Assembly: GCA_024679065.1 (NCBI GenBank)
Contig: JAGIQG010000006.1
Span: 87,296,001 to 87,360,000 of the forward strand
Length of the DNA: 64,000 bases
Reading direction: 5' to 3'
From: Sphyrna mokarran
Taxonomy: Eukaryota
The position numbers and the translations under genes were made by a program. Position 1 is the first letter of the stretch, and each line of letters begins with the position of its first letter. Positions 27,201 to 42,200 of this stretch are shown here, piece by piece. The notes beneath the pieces are model-generated. The model saw nothing but the letters and a program-made list of their open reading frames with translations, made no database searches and was not told the origin of the DNA.

Positions 27201-30200
27201 CAACCATGATATTTTAAATCATCTTCTGTCGCCCCCACCCCACCATTTTTTTCACTGATTTGAACAGCTCCTCTGTCCAAATAAAGTTTATTCTGCACTT
27301 GTCTATACAATTCATCCAAGCATCACTGGCAATGTATTTTCTTTACCCTGTCACTATCACTTTTTTTATCTTTTGGCAATATCTGAACACATGAATTCAC
27401 ATTACTGTCTTCCACTGTATCCAGTTCTTACCCTCTCCATGACCTTATCCAACTTTCTTGCAATATTCCATCTTGGATGAACTGCAATTTTCATACTTGA
27501 GACTTTTTGTAGCTTCTACCACAACTTGTACGTATTTAACCACTGTCCTGACATATTATTGCCTCGTTAACAACCTTTTGCATTATGTTCAGCCATGAGC
27601 AGAATTCTGATTTTTGACATTCTTTCCACCACCTGAGCACTTGCCTTCAGCATTTAATTCTCATGTCCCTAATACAATCCATCAGCATTCTTATCTTGCC
27701 TTATGACCTATTACAATGCTTGTCCCTCACTTTTGGCACATTCAAAACTCTGCAGCACAATCCTTTGCTACTGTTCTCACTGATTTGTATTTCCTGCTCC
27801 CAACATCAATTTTTGCCTTTTGTAGACTTTGACCCTCCATCCTTCTTTCTCTCATCTAATCCCAGCTCAAAATTTTTATATTCCTGTGACTTGGTGCAAG
27901 CTGCCATTTTGGCTGTGTGGTTTCACCTGTTAACTGATTTTCATTCCTGATTCCCCCTTTGCCTCTACCTTTTTTAATACTATAGTTTAAACCAACTTTT
28001 ATCACTTGTCTTATTCTTGCACCACTACCAGACATGACATCTTGGGTCTCTGTTCAATGTATGAAATAATCTTAACATGGACAAACTGGAGATCTTGATT
28101 AAATTGTGAACATCTTTACACTAGAGTATATTGAGTTTCCACAATCTAGATTACAATAATTGTTTGGAATGTCAGGACTTGATGAATGCCTTGAACTAAA
28201 TTGATGCACATTTCACAATTCAGGCCATTTTAGACTCCACATTGTGCGGGGAGTTCCACAATTGGCATAACTTTAATGTTGAAATGGAGAGTAATTTAAT
28301 AAAGTTGGCCTGCCTATTACACTCCATTTCCCATGCTGTGAAGCTAAGTGCCTTGTGATTCAAACTAAGCTTCACTTCTTTTAACTCAGTTGGACTTGAA
28401 ACCTAAAGTAGTGCAGTCATAACATACTCATTCTCAATTACATTTTCAATTTTTGATCCACAGAATTAATTGCTGTTGAGCAGTTTAAATACTGTTAGTC
28501 ATATACTTTTACAAAAATCTTAATGTTCTGCTTGGGTAACTGTTTTGCAACTCTTCATGACTCTATTTTATATGAAACATGTAGGTTTACATAAATTTCC
28601 TTTGCTAATTTTTATAGCACTATAAGCAGTCTGCCAGTGAATTCTGGACTACATGTCCCTCTCTCTCCCCCTCTATGCAAAATCATTAGAATACTTGCAG
28701 TTTGATTTAGTTTCAAATTTATAAGGATTCTTTCTCTCTACAGATCTAAATGAATGCTTAGTGAACAATGGAGGTTGTCCTCACATCTGCAGAGATCTTG
28801 TGATTGGTTATGAATGTGACTGCCCTGCTGGCTTTGAGTTGATTAATGGAACAACCTGTGAAGGTAAGTGACTTGCTGACATGTATCTGAGTGAGATCAT
28901 TTTTTTTGTGGAAAGAGAATGAAGGTGCTCTAGCCAAATGGTGGGCAATGAATTTACACTAGTCTACATGGTTGGTGGTATTACCATTGATCTTCCTTTG
29001 TCAACACTCAATGTCAACTGACCACAAACTAACTATCCAAGCAAGTTGTATGTAGGGACTCTATGGTAATTGATTCTAAGACCTCCACTACATGTTGTAT
29101 TTGTCTATAGTACACATTAATTACTCGCCAAGACCCCTTGGGCAATGGTTTGATTTTTTTTCACTCCCCTTGCTGGCATAGTACCTAGGTAATATGCAAG
29201 TCAGAATTATAATGCACCTATCCCCTTAACTGGGCTAAAACTAGCACTCCGTACTTAAACACCTTTTTTTGGGAGTACTGTCACTTCATGGGTTGTAGAC
29301 CTTCAAGAAAGCTGTGCACCAATATTTGTGTCAAAGATGGCCACATTTGGGTTATGTCCTGACAAGGTAGATTACAATTGCACTGATCTCTGGATAAGTG
29401 TCCTGAAGATTGTGGTAGGGACAGTACTTTCTGAAACCATCTGTGTTGATTAGATTCCCAATTTTGAAACCAGCCCAGATTAACTAGTTGGAAGTCTGAT
29501 CAAAATTTTGGCCTCATTTGCTTAAAACTTGGGTATTTGAATTTTTTTACAGATATTGATGAATGTCTGGATCCTGGTGCCTGCAGTCAAATTTGTGTTA
29601 ATGTAAACGGAAGCTTTGAATGTGCATGCTTTGCAGGATATCGCATGGATGCAACTAATCACGTTTGCAAGGCAGTTGAAGGTAAATAGAACAAAAATGA
29701 CTTCCCAGCTTGGTGTTTAATTTGTTGAAATGTGGTGTAGCTTTCTTGTACTCATAACTTGTGATATCCCAAGTGGAAAATTTGAAGATGTTTGGAAGAC
29801 TGGGGTAAAGAAATTATCAAATGTAGCATGTTGTTTTGAGTCCTGTTGATGCAAAGTTTTTTGTTGCTGCACCTTGTATACGTATCCAAAAATGGATGGT
29901 GAAGCTTATCTTAATTTTTATATATAAATAATATTTCCATTCCTAGTTTGGAACACAGAGCAACATCCCACTACTTTGTTTTTAGTTAATATTGAAATTA
30001 ACAATGAGTTTAAACCCAGACCAAGAAGTTGAGTATTTGGATTCAAATCTGTTGACTTGTGAAGGGTTTTGATATTGTCATCTCTAATTGCTTTGTCAAC
30101 ACTGACTTGCCTAATGTTGCTGTTTGGGACATGCTGACTTGGCAAAGCTAGATGTCACTGCATGGAATTTAATCTGAAATTCTGGTTGCTGTGAATTTGG

Positions 30201-33200
30201 GGGCCTCAGGTTAACTATGTCCTTAATGTGGTCTATTGGGCTGTTTTCATGAGCAAGGAAATTTGATGCACTTTCAAACCATGTAAATACAACTTTTTTT
30301 TCTAGGCAAAGAGCCTTATTTAATCTTCACTAATCATCATGATATCCGAAAGCTAGGACTGCATCACCACGAGTACACCCAGGTAGCTGTGCAGCTGAGA
30401 AATGCTGTTGCATTGGGTGCTGACGTTGCTGAACAGAGAATCTTCTGGGCTGACTTGGGGCAGCGAGGAATTTACAGGTAATGAATCATGAAGCAGTACT
30501 GGTGGTTACAGTACTGAAACTGTCAATTTTGCTAGATGGGTACTGTTTTGGGTAAAATATTCCTAAGTTTTTGTTTAACTGCATAAGGTTTGTCCTGATC
30601 CCATAGCTTCAGTTGAAACTATTCACTGTTAATCTGCCTGTCTATATCTGAACTTCAACTACCTTATACAGTATCTTTATGTAATGTTGAAGAGGATTGA
30701 CAAATTTCAACTTAATGGCTTTGGTAGTAAGTATTTCCTGGTGCTAAAGCTCCTTTTTAGTATAGTTGATGTAACTATGGTATTTTTTCTTTTAGTATGT
30801 TCATGTATGAAAGGAAAAGTATTTCTCAAGTTATCAAGGATGTTAATCCTATGGGGATTGCAGTGGATTGGATCTACAAGCATATTTACTGGACAGATCC
30901 TGGTGCTAAAACTATCTCTGTGGCTACGTTTAATGGAACTGAAAGAAAGATCCTCTTTGACATGGACTTGAGGGAACCAGCTTCAGTGGCAGTCAATCCA
31001 CTAACTGGGTACTGAATTTTTTTACCTGTCACTGAAGCCGCTTGGCACTTGTAAAATACTTTTATAATGTTCACATCTCTGATCTTTGGATGGCTGAGTG
31101 AATTGGGTGTGGAATTGAGAGGCTAATCTCTTGTGGAAAAAGTAGGAGTGTGAGTGATGTTTTATGAGCAAAATATAGTAGTGCCTGGGATCAGCTGGAT
31201 AACTTCAGTTTTGAAGCGGAAATTGCTTTTAAGTTGTTTCTTTTAGTAACCTCCCATTGATCAAAACTCTAGTTTTGTTTTGAGACAATACAGGAGGGAA
31301 CAATCCCCTTGTTCCTTCAACAAAGGGGAGGGGAAAAGTGTAGCAGTTATCAGTGAAGTTTGAGCAGTCTTTTTAGAAAAATTTAGATAACCATTCACTA
31401 AAGTGTTCCAAGTATTCAATGCTTTTCCCAAATCCCAGACCAGTTGAAGCAGGATTGCAAAATGTGTCTTAGGTAAAAGATGTGGTGTTTTCCTGATGCT
31501 TTGGAAGTTATTGAAACCAACCAAACTAACCTTGGTACTAGCACTGCATGTCTATTGAATTAGTGTTCAATTCTCTAATCTCATTTTCTGGAGTTTGATT
31601 CAGTGAGCCTAGTGACCAGGTTGTGTGGGTGGTGACTTTGAAGGAGGAGAATAAATACTAAGGCTGGATCTATAGCCACTGAGCAAATATAAAGTTGCTG
31701 CTACTGTTTTTTAAAAAAAACTCAGAATTGACCATACAGGGTGCTAGGCCATTATTAACTATTCAGATATAGGGGATTCTATTGGATCCATGTAGTAAAA
31801 TCCAATAAGCCTGAAGGTTCTAGGTAAATGTGTGGTTTGAGTAGGAGCTATCAGATGAGAATTGATGATTCCTTGATTAAATAGAGCTGGAATTCTCTGG
31901 GGTGGGGGTGTGGAATTGTCTTATGAATTTTTGTGGCTGAAATTGCTGCCACTTTGCCTGACAAGATCCTGGTATCTACTAACTGATTCCTAATGATGGA
32001 ATTGTCTGTTCTAGTTAACCCTATCTGGGTTAGGTTGGCAAATTCACTTGATTTGATCTCAAGGGGATTTATAACACCCTCAGTTTATACTTAAATATTT
32101 TATTTCTACACTATTTAAAATCCATTTGTTGTAATTTCTCGATGGCTTTTGACTAATTTAGTGTCCATTGCTTTTCAAAGATTTATTTACTGGTCTGATC
32201 TGGGTGAGCCAGCTGTGATTGAAAAAGCAGGAATGAATGGTGTCCATAGGCAACTTCTGGTTACCAGAGAGATTCAGTCACCAAAGGGTATTGCACTTGG
32301 TAAGTGGGCAAGTAAATTTTCCCTTTTTTTCACTTTTTATTGAGCTTAGTTAATACTTCCAATTTTCTTCTCAGATCTTGTGAAGAACCAACTCTATTGG
32401 GTTGACTCAAAACTGCACATGTTGTCCAGTGTAGACTTAAATGGACAAGACAGAAGAACAGTTCTTTATTCACTTGAATTCCTTGCTCATCCTTGTGCTG
32501 TTTCAGTATTTGAGGTAGTGTCATTTAACAATTGCTATATTTTGCTTTGAGTGTACAGTTGGGTTCTGGAGGATATCTACAATTTGGCAATTATTCTGAA
32601 TCATTACTACTTGAACACATTTGTCTGAATCTCGTGGTTATCATAAACCAGCCATATTTGGAAAATTTATCCTAGGCTAAAGTAATTAGCAAGTTGTTCA
32701 ATATATACCCAGGCAGGAGTCAATTCCTTGCTGTGCTGCCTTAAATCAAAAGACAATGCCCCAGTGGTATTCCGCATGATCTATATTTTTTTGGTCCATT
32801 TCCCAAGAGCCCCTAACTTTTGTGGCCTGGATAAGGGTGCAGGTAAGAACCTGTACCTTGACTGGCTGAAAACCCAGACTACTGCAAAATGTCAGACTGT
32901 CTAACCACAGCTTTGTAATCTAATTTTTGAGTAATCTTTTGTCAATGGCTTAATTTTTTTGCAAGATAACTGTCAAGTTCTTGTAGCTTCTGTTTTCAGT
33001 ACTTTAAAAAAAATTAATAGTCCTAGGGTTGTAGTACCTGCAATTCAAAAGAAAATTATGAATTGAGACTTGAGCCAAATTTGAGTTTGACTTGCACTTT
33101 ATACTGAGACTGATCTATTCTCAATTGCAAGCTGAGTGGTGCACACTTTGCTGTATTATCTAAAGCCAAGCTCCAATTGGGCACAATTCAATTAAGGTTT

Positions 33201-36200
33201 ACTTTTTTACTATGGCTGACTAATGGTTTAGTAGTGATGTTTCTGATTATGGGTGGTGAAATGTTGACAATAGAATTTTCCTAAAGGACTGAACAGTAGA
33301 TCAGAATAAATAAGATTTAGTATCTGTAGCTTATACTTAAAGCTACAGTACATTGAAGTGTCTTGGGTAGAGATGGACAGGGTTGAAAGATTGGTAGCAT
33401 TCTGCTAGTCAGGCTCCTCCTTGGTCAAAAATGGCTGTAGGGAGGGGTGAGATGGGACTTGTGACCTAGCATGTAAGCAAGAAACAGATGAGCAGAATAC
33501 CAGAGATGTGTAACTCATTTGTTAACTCAACTAATGAGTTATTTCGTCTTCAGGATTTTATTTGTAGTAGGCACAAGACATCTTGCAAAGAACAGTTATT
33601 TCCTGCAATTGTGTTCCTATTGTTTCAGGATCATGTATTCTGGTCTGATGAAGTAAGTAAAACCATTTATGCAGCCAACAAGTATACAGGAGCAGATGTG
33701 ATGGTTTTGGTTTCAAATCTTCATCAACCTCAAGATATCATTATTTACCACACTTTAATGCAGCCATCAGGTAGGAAATCTGAAATATTTACTAAATATT
33801 ATTGGCTTTGCATTTGTTGTCTGTAGGGTAGATGTGTCTAACTGCTACCATGTAGATTTCTGGAGGTCAGTAAACTCCATTTTGTTATAGAACAGTAATA
33901 GTTCTATCCATAGATATGAATGTTTTTGAAGGCAAAAATCATTTTTGTTCACATTTGGATTGGTCAGTATGGATATCTTGAGTTTGTGCACAAGTCCATG
34001 ATTTCAATGCACAACGACAACTGAAATGTTGCATGTTTCAAATAGTAAATTTGGGTTTTCATTTGGGGGCCACTATTGTCTCCAATACAAACAAATTTTA
34101 TATTTGGTTTCAACAGGCATAAACTGGTGCAATGAGAAGTTGAAAAATGGAGGCTGTGAATACCTGTGTCTCCCTAGCCCACAGATTAATCAGCTGCCAA
34201 AATATACTTGTGTGTGTCCATCTGGAATCAAGATGAAGAATGAACACTGTGAATTGGGTAAATATTAGTTGAGGTTTGTTCAGTGGTAGTTGGGGTGGCA
34301 GGGGGCAGACTTTGCTATAAGTGAGAATGTAACATGTTTAGAGTGATTATGATTTTACAAAATAAATCAACCTTCAGACTAGGTAATCACTTTTGCATGA
34401 AGGATAGAAAAATTACCCAAGGCCTTGATTGCATGCAGCAATCTGACTACACACTATCCATAACTAATCTGCATACAGCCATAGTTGCATGGTATTATCC
34501 TTGCATTGTGCCTTCTTTCCTTTTGTGCATTAGTTCCAATAGTTGTAGTATTTGCTTTTGGTTGCTGCCAATAGTTGATCCAACAGCTAAGTTCAAGTGA
34601 AGTGATGAAGTCTGTTTATCTGAATAGTTAGGCATATGGGAGGCTTCAATATTTCTGATGTGCAAGTTATTTAGGATAGAAATGCATATTAAGCAAATGG
34701 TAAATGTCCTTTGTAGACAGGAGGAAGCAGTACACAAGTTCCCCAAGGGATTAACTGTTTTTTAGAGGGGATAGTATAAAGAGGAAATGTGAAAGGCTGC
34801 CCAATAAAATATTCTGGGGGCACTAAACTTGAAAGTGGAAATAGATGGACCCATAATCCCACAGTTATAGATATAATCAAGAAATGAATTGTACATTGTG
34901 CCAACCCAGAGGTGGGTGGAATGTTTTTTATTGGTTAAAACCAATATAAGTCAGCAAGAGCTCTCGAACAACAGGATCATGAGATAAACCATTTTGAAGT
35001 TCAGGCTTTATGTAATCTGGTCCAAATTGCTGCAATCTTAACTGCTAACTCATTGGGAGCAATTGTTTAGTTCATCAGTATCCACCCATCCTTGTCATCA
35101 CAATCTCTAATTGTAGCCATTTCACTAATTTGCCTGATACTTAAAAGACATGACTGGACATGTTCATTACTCTGTTTTTCCAAGGCAAACTAAAAGCAAA
35201 TAACTGACTCTTCCCTTTAGATGCCACTAGTTGTTGCCATTCAACATAATAGGTAAATGGAGGGGTGAGAGTTCTTGTGTACTAAGTGTTCAACTTGGCC
35301 ATGTGTCTTAAATTAGCAGAAAACTGCAGTCTTGTTTTCTCTGCTAATTAATGCTGCACATCAAGAATCTGACTTCTGTCATGACGGAAAATGTGTGCCT
35401 ACTAAGTAGCAGTGTGATGGAGGTGCTGACTGCAAAGATGGATCTGATGAAGCCTCAGATGCCTGTTCTAAGTATATATAAAGGTAGTTCAACTACAAAG
35501 CTCAATCACTTTCTCAGGCAAAAAATAGTACAACTTCAACAGTTTCCTTTCTATACACTGCATTTGACTGGGACTTTAATAACTTGATCTGCTAATCTTG
35601 GTGTCATCTGCAGTACAATGTAAAGTCTATTGCACTGAATTTTACCTATTGGACTGCTAACTCTTCATTAAACAATTGAATTGTTAGCACATTTGTAATT
35701 TAGTGGGCAGAAAGATGGATGCAAACATTAAAATTGTTAAATTACTTCACTAGATCAGGTGAAGGTGGTAATGGGGAATCGATGGGAGCTAAAACTGGAC
35801 AACATTTTAAACACTGATTCACTGCCTATTTTTAACTAGTAGCAAATAACAGCCATGGTGCTGGCCTAAAGTGTTAATGTCACATGACCAAAGTTAGTTC
35901 TGGTATAAATGGATATGTTGCACTCTGGCACAAATCTGGGTCTTCACATGGCTCTGCATACTCGGATGTGATGTCTTTGACTACCTTGGGGCAAATCTTT
36001 TTTACTGTAGTTCTTAATCTGAATGTTTGAAATGAAGTTATTGAATAGCTATTTTAAAACCTATTTCAGACACCAGAATCTGTCATATGAATGAAATCAG
36101 CTGTGGCTCTGGATCTCTTCAGTGTATTCCTGTAGATTGGAAATGTGATGGAGAAAAGGACTGTGCAAGTGGCAGTGATGAAGAGAACTGTGGTAGGTTC

Positions 36201-39200
36201 TCAAAGTGGCTGTGAAAATCCCCAGTCATACAGTGTACCTGAAAAGGCACCACTGAGGGTGAATTTGGCTTGGCCGATCAGTTGATATGGTTTGAATTTT
36301 AATTGAAGGTAGACTTGAACTCTATTTAAAGCCCAGGCTATTGCTTGGTTCTGGCAATGAAAATGCTAATCTTTGAGAAGTTAGTTGGTAAACTGATACT
36401 AGTCATTCTTGTCAAGTGCTCAAGACTTTGCAGGTTAACACTTCAACACTAAACTATATCTACTGCTGCTGTCAGATCCTCTTGGTAAAGCAGCACCTGT
36501 TGGCTGAAAATTCATTATCTGAAATAAGAGCAATTTATTTTTCTCAGACCAAATCCATTTTTGGTTGAGTGTTCTTCTACCACTGGAGAATCTTCCTGGT
36601 CTGGCAGCATCTGAAGGGAAAAACAGTTCCAGTTAGAACTGGTAAAATGTCACATTCGCAACATTCTCTGGAGAGAAGCACAGACATGCTGATATTTTGC
36701 TTTTGGATGAGTGATAAACATTAAACTAACATTCCATATGAATAAAATATTTTGCAGGCAACTTTACTTGCAGCCCCAGGGAGTTTACCTGCTCCAGTGG
36801 CAATTGTGTTTCCAGGGCATTTATCTGCAATGGGGAAGATGACTGCAGTGATGGAAGTGATGAAAGGGACTGTGCTCCATCTATTTGTCACCCACATGAG
36901 TTCCAGTGCAATAATTCTCAGTGCATTCCCTTGGATTGGGTGTGTGATAGCAATGCTGATTGTGCTGATCAGTCTGATGAATCTCCAGACCGCTGTGGAC
37001 ATGCTGTTCTTCCTCCTGTGACTTGTGCACCTGGTGATGTTCCATGTGATTCTGGTGAATGCATTCACAGTAAATGGCGCTGTGATGGTGATGTAGACTG
37101 TAAAGATGGGAGTGATGAAGTTAATTGTCGTAAGTAATCTCTGTTTTTATGCCATGCATCTCTTGTATAAATCTGCCAGTTGTGATGAGCCTTCTATATG
37201 GTGAAGGAAAATGTAACCTCTGACAGCAGGGGTACTTGAAGGAGATTTACTTTGGAAATGTTTTAAAAATGTAGAACATTCATTTGATCTTTTTAGCCGT
37301 CATAACGGGTTTAAAAGGTGCCCAGTACTTTATTGCTTTTTAAAACGTATGTCACAAGTAGGCTAGCATTAACACTGCAATGAAGTTGCTGTGGAAAATC
37401 CCCTAGTCACCACACTGCCTGTTTGGATATAGTCCAGGAGAATTCAGCATGACCAATGCACTTAACCTAGCACATCTTTCAGATTGGGGGAGGAAACTGG
37501 AGCACAAGAAACCCATACAGACATGTGTAAACTAATGACCTAAGCCAGGAAGCAAACCCTGATGCTGTGAGGCAGCAGTGTTAACCACTGCCACCATGCT
37601 GCCCCCTGTCAGAAGTTCTGTATATGTGCCACAAGTGAGGACAATCCAGAACTGCTCATGTCGACTAAGCTTGTCACATGCTTATTGTTAATAAACAAAT
37701 GTGATATTGTCAATGCCAAGTTAAATGTTTTGGAACAGCAATGCAATTTCAAGTGAAGCTTCAGCCTTGCAAGTATAGTTATAACAAGCTTAAATATTCC
37801 AGTGCTGTGAATTAAACTTTTGGTCACCCTTTTTTTTACTTCAGCTCCTCACAAATGTAATCCAGGTTATTTCAAATGTGGTGATGGTGCCTGTATCCCT
37901 GGCAATAAAATATGTAATGGAATTTGGGACTGTGCTAATGGCGGTGATGAAGCTGCCTGCAAGAATGGTAGGTTTATAATTCACCAAAATAACTTCTAAT
38001 GTTTTGGGTCATTTCAGAGTTTTTTTACTTTTTGTTCTCCTACAATTAGAATGTACAGGACTTGACAATTTCAGATGTCAAAGTGGGGAATGCATCAATG
38101 TGTCTCTAGTGTGTAATCACCATCCAGACTGCATGGATCAGAGTGACGAACCCCCTGAAGGATGCCGTAAGTTTAAATTTGTAGGTGGGATCAGCTTCAT
38201 ATTCCAATTTAATGAAGCTGATGCTGCTAACTCAATTTTAGTCTTGTGATAGAGACAATATTCCTTTCCTTTGAATGCAAAATCTTGCAAGTTCTTTAAC
38301 TGTTAAATATGCACAGCAATTGATGTAGAAGTGTTGCTGTTCAAAAGCTTTGTGTAAATTAGCTGCAACATGACAATGATCAAAATCTGGAGGATATCAG
38401 TCCTGACAATAGGATTTTACTCTGGAATAGTGTAATGGGATCTTCGTATCCACAGAACAGATGAACCTTGCCAAATTCTAATTGTGTAAAAGATCTAATT
38501 TCATTTTGAAGCTTAAACTGGCACTTCCCACATACAAATTGATTTTGTGAATAGCTGGCCCTAAGTAATGATTGCAACATTCCACTAGTCAGTGTCAACC
38601 TTGTGGCTTATTTCCACTTTGTTTTAAATGTCCTTGTCCATGCCAGTACATTATCTTCCCCCAACCCCCCATCCCAAGTTTACTTGCTAATTTCCTGTGG
38701 TCTTTGTGCCAAAGTGCCTCAATCCATATATGCAAACAGCTGCTTCTCATCTGTTCTGCTGGCTGCATTCTCAAATCCTGAACTGGTTTAGTCAATCTTT
38801 ACCTTTGACTAATCAAGTGCCTTGTCATATCCCTTTTTATTACATCCTTTAATAGATTTTGGCATTCCCAAGTCAGATTTTTTATAGTAGGATTTACATT
38901 TGCTGCCTTCCAATCTAATTATTCTAGAGTACTAATGTATTGTCAACTTTTTTGGCAATTGGAATGTAGACCAGGTGATTGAATTTCAGTCCCATTGTCT
39001 CCCATATGATTTTCACATCTTCAATTGTTTTTGGTGCATTGGCTGTCTCATGTTAGAGGGAGGCTTTTTCCCTCATGAGGCTCAAGGAGCTGTGTGGCCA
39101 TCATTTGTATGTCAAATCCACAAGTTAAGTGTTTTATCCTTTTTGAATTTATTCATTGACTACAGACCTATTGCACTCTTCCCTAATATCTGAACCATTT

Positions 39201-42200
39201 ATATTGCCTCTGCTACATAGTTGTGACTTTTTTAAAAAAAGTAGAGGTTAAAGGCTTAAATTAACATTTCAATGAAGTTGTGAAATTCGCCTAGATGCCA
39301 AAGTCCAGTGCCTGTTCAGGTTAATGCATTTAACCAAAGTCTTTCAGAATGAGGGGGGAGAAACTGGTACACCCCCACAATGATAGTGACCCAAGCTGGG
39401 AATTGAACTTGGGTGCCTGGCACAGTGAAGCAGCAATGCTAGCTACTGTGCTGCCCATATATAATGTAAATTAAATGCCAAGATCCATCCCTCAAACTCC
39501 AGCTTACTAATTCTTCTAGGCAGCTTTCAATTTTGATCATTCATCTTGGACTGTTCAATTTCCATGGCTCATTGTTTCTGCTCCTGAATTAACTTCGGGC
39601 ATTTGCTTGAGTTTCAAGTGTGCAAGATGGCAGAAATATTGTGGTTGACACATCAGTCTCAATTCTAGCTGTCATAGAATACTGATAACTGCTCAAGTAT
39701 TGAGTATTCAAACTCTTGGTATTGAATTACAACAATCCTTAACCACACTTATTATTAAACTCTTGTTGTAAATATCTTGTCTTGTGTTACAGCTGCACAT
39801 TGTATTAATAAGCTTATTTAGAAAATGAATAAAAATTCAAACTTTTTATCATCCTCCAGTTTGAAGATATTAGCAAATTGATTCAGATATAGCTTGGAAG
39901 ATATGAGGGAGGCAGGTATGATTCTGTTGTACTGGAGACACTCTGGAGAAGTGGTGGTCTAACATCTGGCTTTTACTGTCTTTGTAGATGTGAACGAGTG
40001 TTTAGTGAACAATGGAGGCTGCTCTCATACCTGCACTGACCTTGTTATTGGTTACAAATGCGAATGTCCCTCGGGTTTTCAGTTGTCCACAAAGGCCTGT
40101 GTAGGTAAGTAGAATCATAAAGACAGGCTAATGGAAAATGGTCACCTCAAATGATACAAAATTTTATTTTTTTCCAGACATTGATGAATGTCAAACTCCT
40201 GAAACTTGTAGTCAAATTTGTATCAATTTAGAAGGGAGCTACAAATGTGAATGTCACCAAGGATATCACATGGAACCAGTGACTGGCACTTGCAAAGCAG
40301 TTGGTAAGTAAACTTGCTTAAACTGAAGATTTAGTGAATTGAATGGTAGAAACTTCAATTTCTTGCACTTCAAGCTTCCATCCCCTTAATTTTCAAGAAC
40401 ATTATAGTTTGAATGTTACCTTTTGATCCTTTTGGAATCAGCCACACTACAACAATATAGCTGTATAATTCAGACAGTGGGAATAGTATTTCTGGTGTGT
40501 AGTTGGAAATTATTGCAATTATATACAAGTGGACAAAGAACAACACAGCACGAGAAAACGGGCCCTTCGGCCCAATGAGCCTGCGCTGCCATCTTAACGT
40601 CTTAATGACATAGACCAATATAGGGACAATTTGTTACCCAAAGAGCACATTTTTGGGATGTATTATTGGCACTTGTTTCTTATTTCTAAATGTTAATGTT
40701 TTGAATTGCATTTTGGCTCTTAAGCTGGTTCATAACTTTAATGTACATAGGAAAAGAGCCTTATTTGATCTTTGCAAATCGCCATGACATCCGGAAGCTA
40801 GGACTACATCATCGTGAGTATACCCAGGTAGCTGTACGGCTGAGAAATGCTGTAGCACTGGATGCAGATATTGCAGAACAAAGAATCTTCTGGGCTGACT
40901 TGGACCAGCAGGCAATTTTCAGGTAATGAAGTATAGTGCATAAATCCTAGCTTGATGCTAAAACTTGTGCTCTTTGCATAGCATTTCAGTTTTAAATTTA
41001 GATGAGTAAAACTTCAGTTGAATTTCTAATCCAGGACACTAGACATTTTGTGACTTATTTGCTTTTGTGTGGCACTGTGAAATTGAATCTAATTCCACAA
41101 ACATGAACTGCTTAATTTTTATATATTGAATTAAGGCTGTTAACTTTCTTTTGAAGTGAATTGTTTTTACAGTGGATGTGCAAGCTAACCTGACTGTTCA
41201 CCCTGTTTTAGCATGTCTCTGAATAAGTGGGAAGACAGAACTGGCCATTCCATAGTGGTCAAAGATGTAGCTATCCCTGTGGGAATTGCTGTCGATTGGG
41301 TTTATAAGCATCTCTACTGGACTGATCGTGGTACTAAAACTATATCCATGGCAACATTTGATGGAGCCAAAAGGTCAATCTTATTTGACACAGACTTAAA
41401 GGAGCCAGGTTCCATTGAAGTTGATCCACTATCTGGGTACAGTAGTTCTAACTTCTGTAATTTTATTACTAGTTGAGTTCTGAAACTTTAATTTGGGGTC
41501 TGAGGTTATTCCAACAAACTGGGTACAAATCTCCCTTCAGCCATCATGCATGCTGACAATCAAGTGATGTAAAATTGAAAATGAACACATGGAAATAGGA
41601 AATACATGCTGTAATTAGAGGAAATACTGACTTTAGAAGGCTGTATACACTGTCTTAAATGATCATCATGCTAAAATGATTCAATAGCCATCAATTTAAC
41701 TGAATATAGGTTAACACTTGCTGTATGGGATTTTCAAACTCAACTGCATTTCTAATCCAAATGCCAATTTGAGGCATTACTTTGCAAAATTTTGGATGGC
41801 CAGCTGTTTTTTCTAAATATATGCAACAATAGTGGTTTAATTTAAACTGTGGTCGTCCATTTGTTTGACTTCCTTTGTATTTTTAATTAGGTTTCTTTAC
41901 TGGTCAGACTGTGGTGAACCAGCAAAGATAGAAAAATCAGGAATGAATGGTGTGAATCGACAAATCCTTGTTGCCAATGAGATTGAATGGCCAAGTGGCA
42001 TTGCACTCGGTTAGTTAATGACATTTAATTCGTTGAAACCTGCTTTTTGCCTTCTGAAATCTGACCGTACTTTCTTTGCTTCCAGATCTAGTGAAAAGCC
42101 GCCTCTATTGGGTTGACTCTAAGTTGCACACGTTATCCAGCATAGACCTAAATGGGCGGGATAGAAGAACAGTGCTGCATTCGCAAGAGTTCCTTACTCG

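Noticed and set aside
36580-36705. Possible Penelope terminal-repeat or hammerhead ribozyme relics (also about 43050-43120 and 52910-53000)
   Set aside because: Too decayed; no intact CUGANGA/GAAA core with paired stems could be identified.
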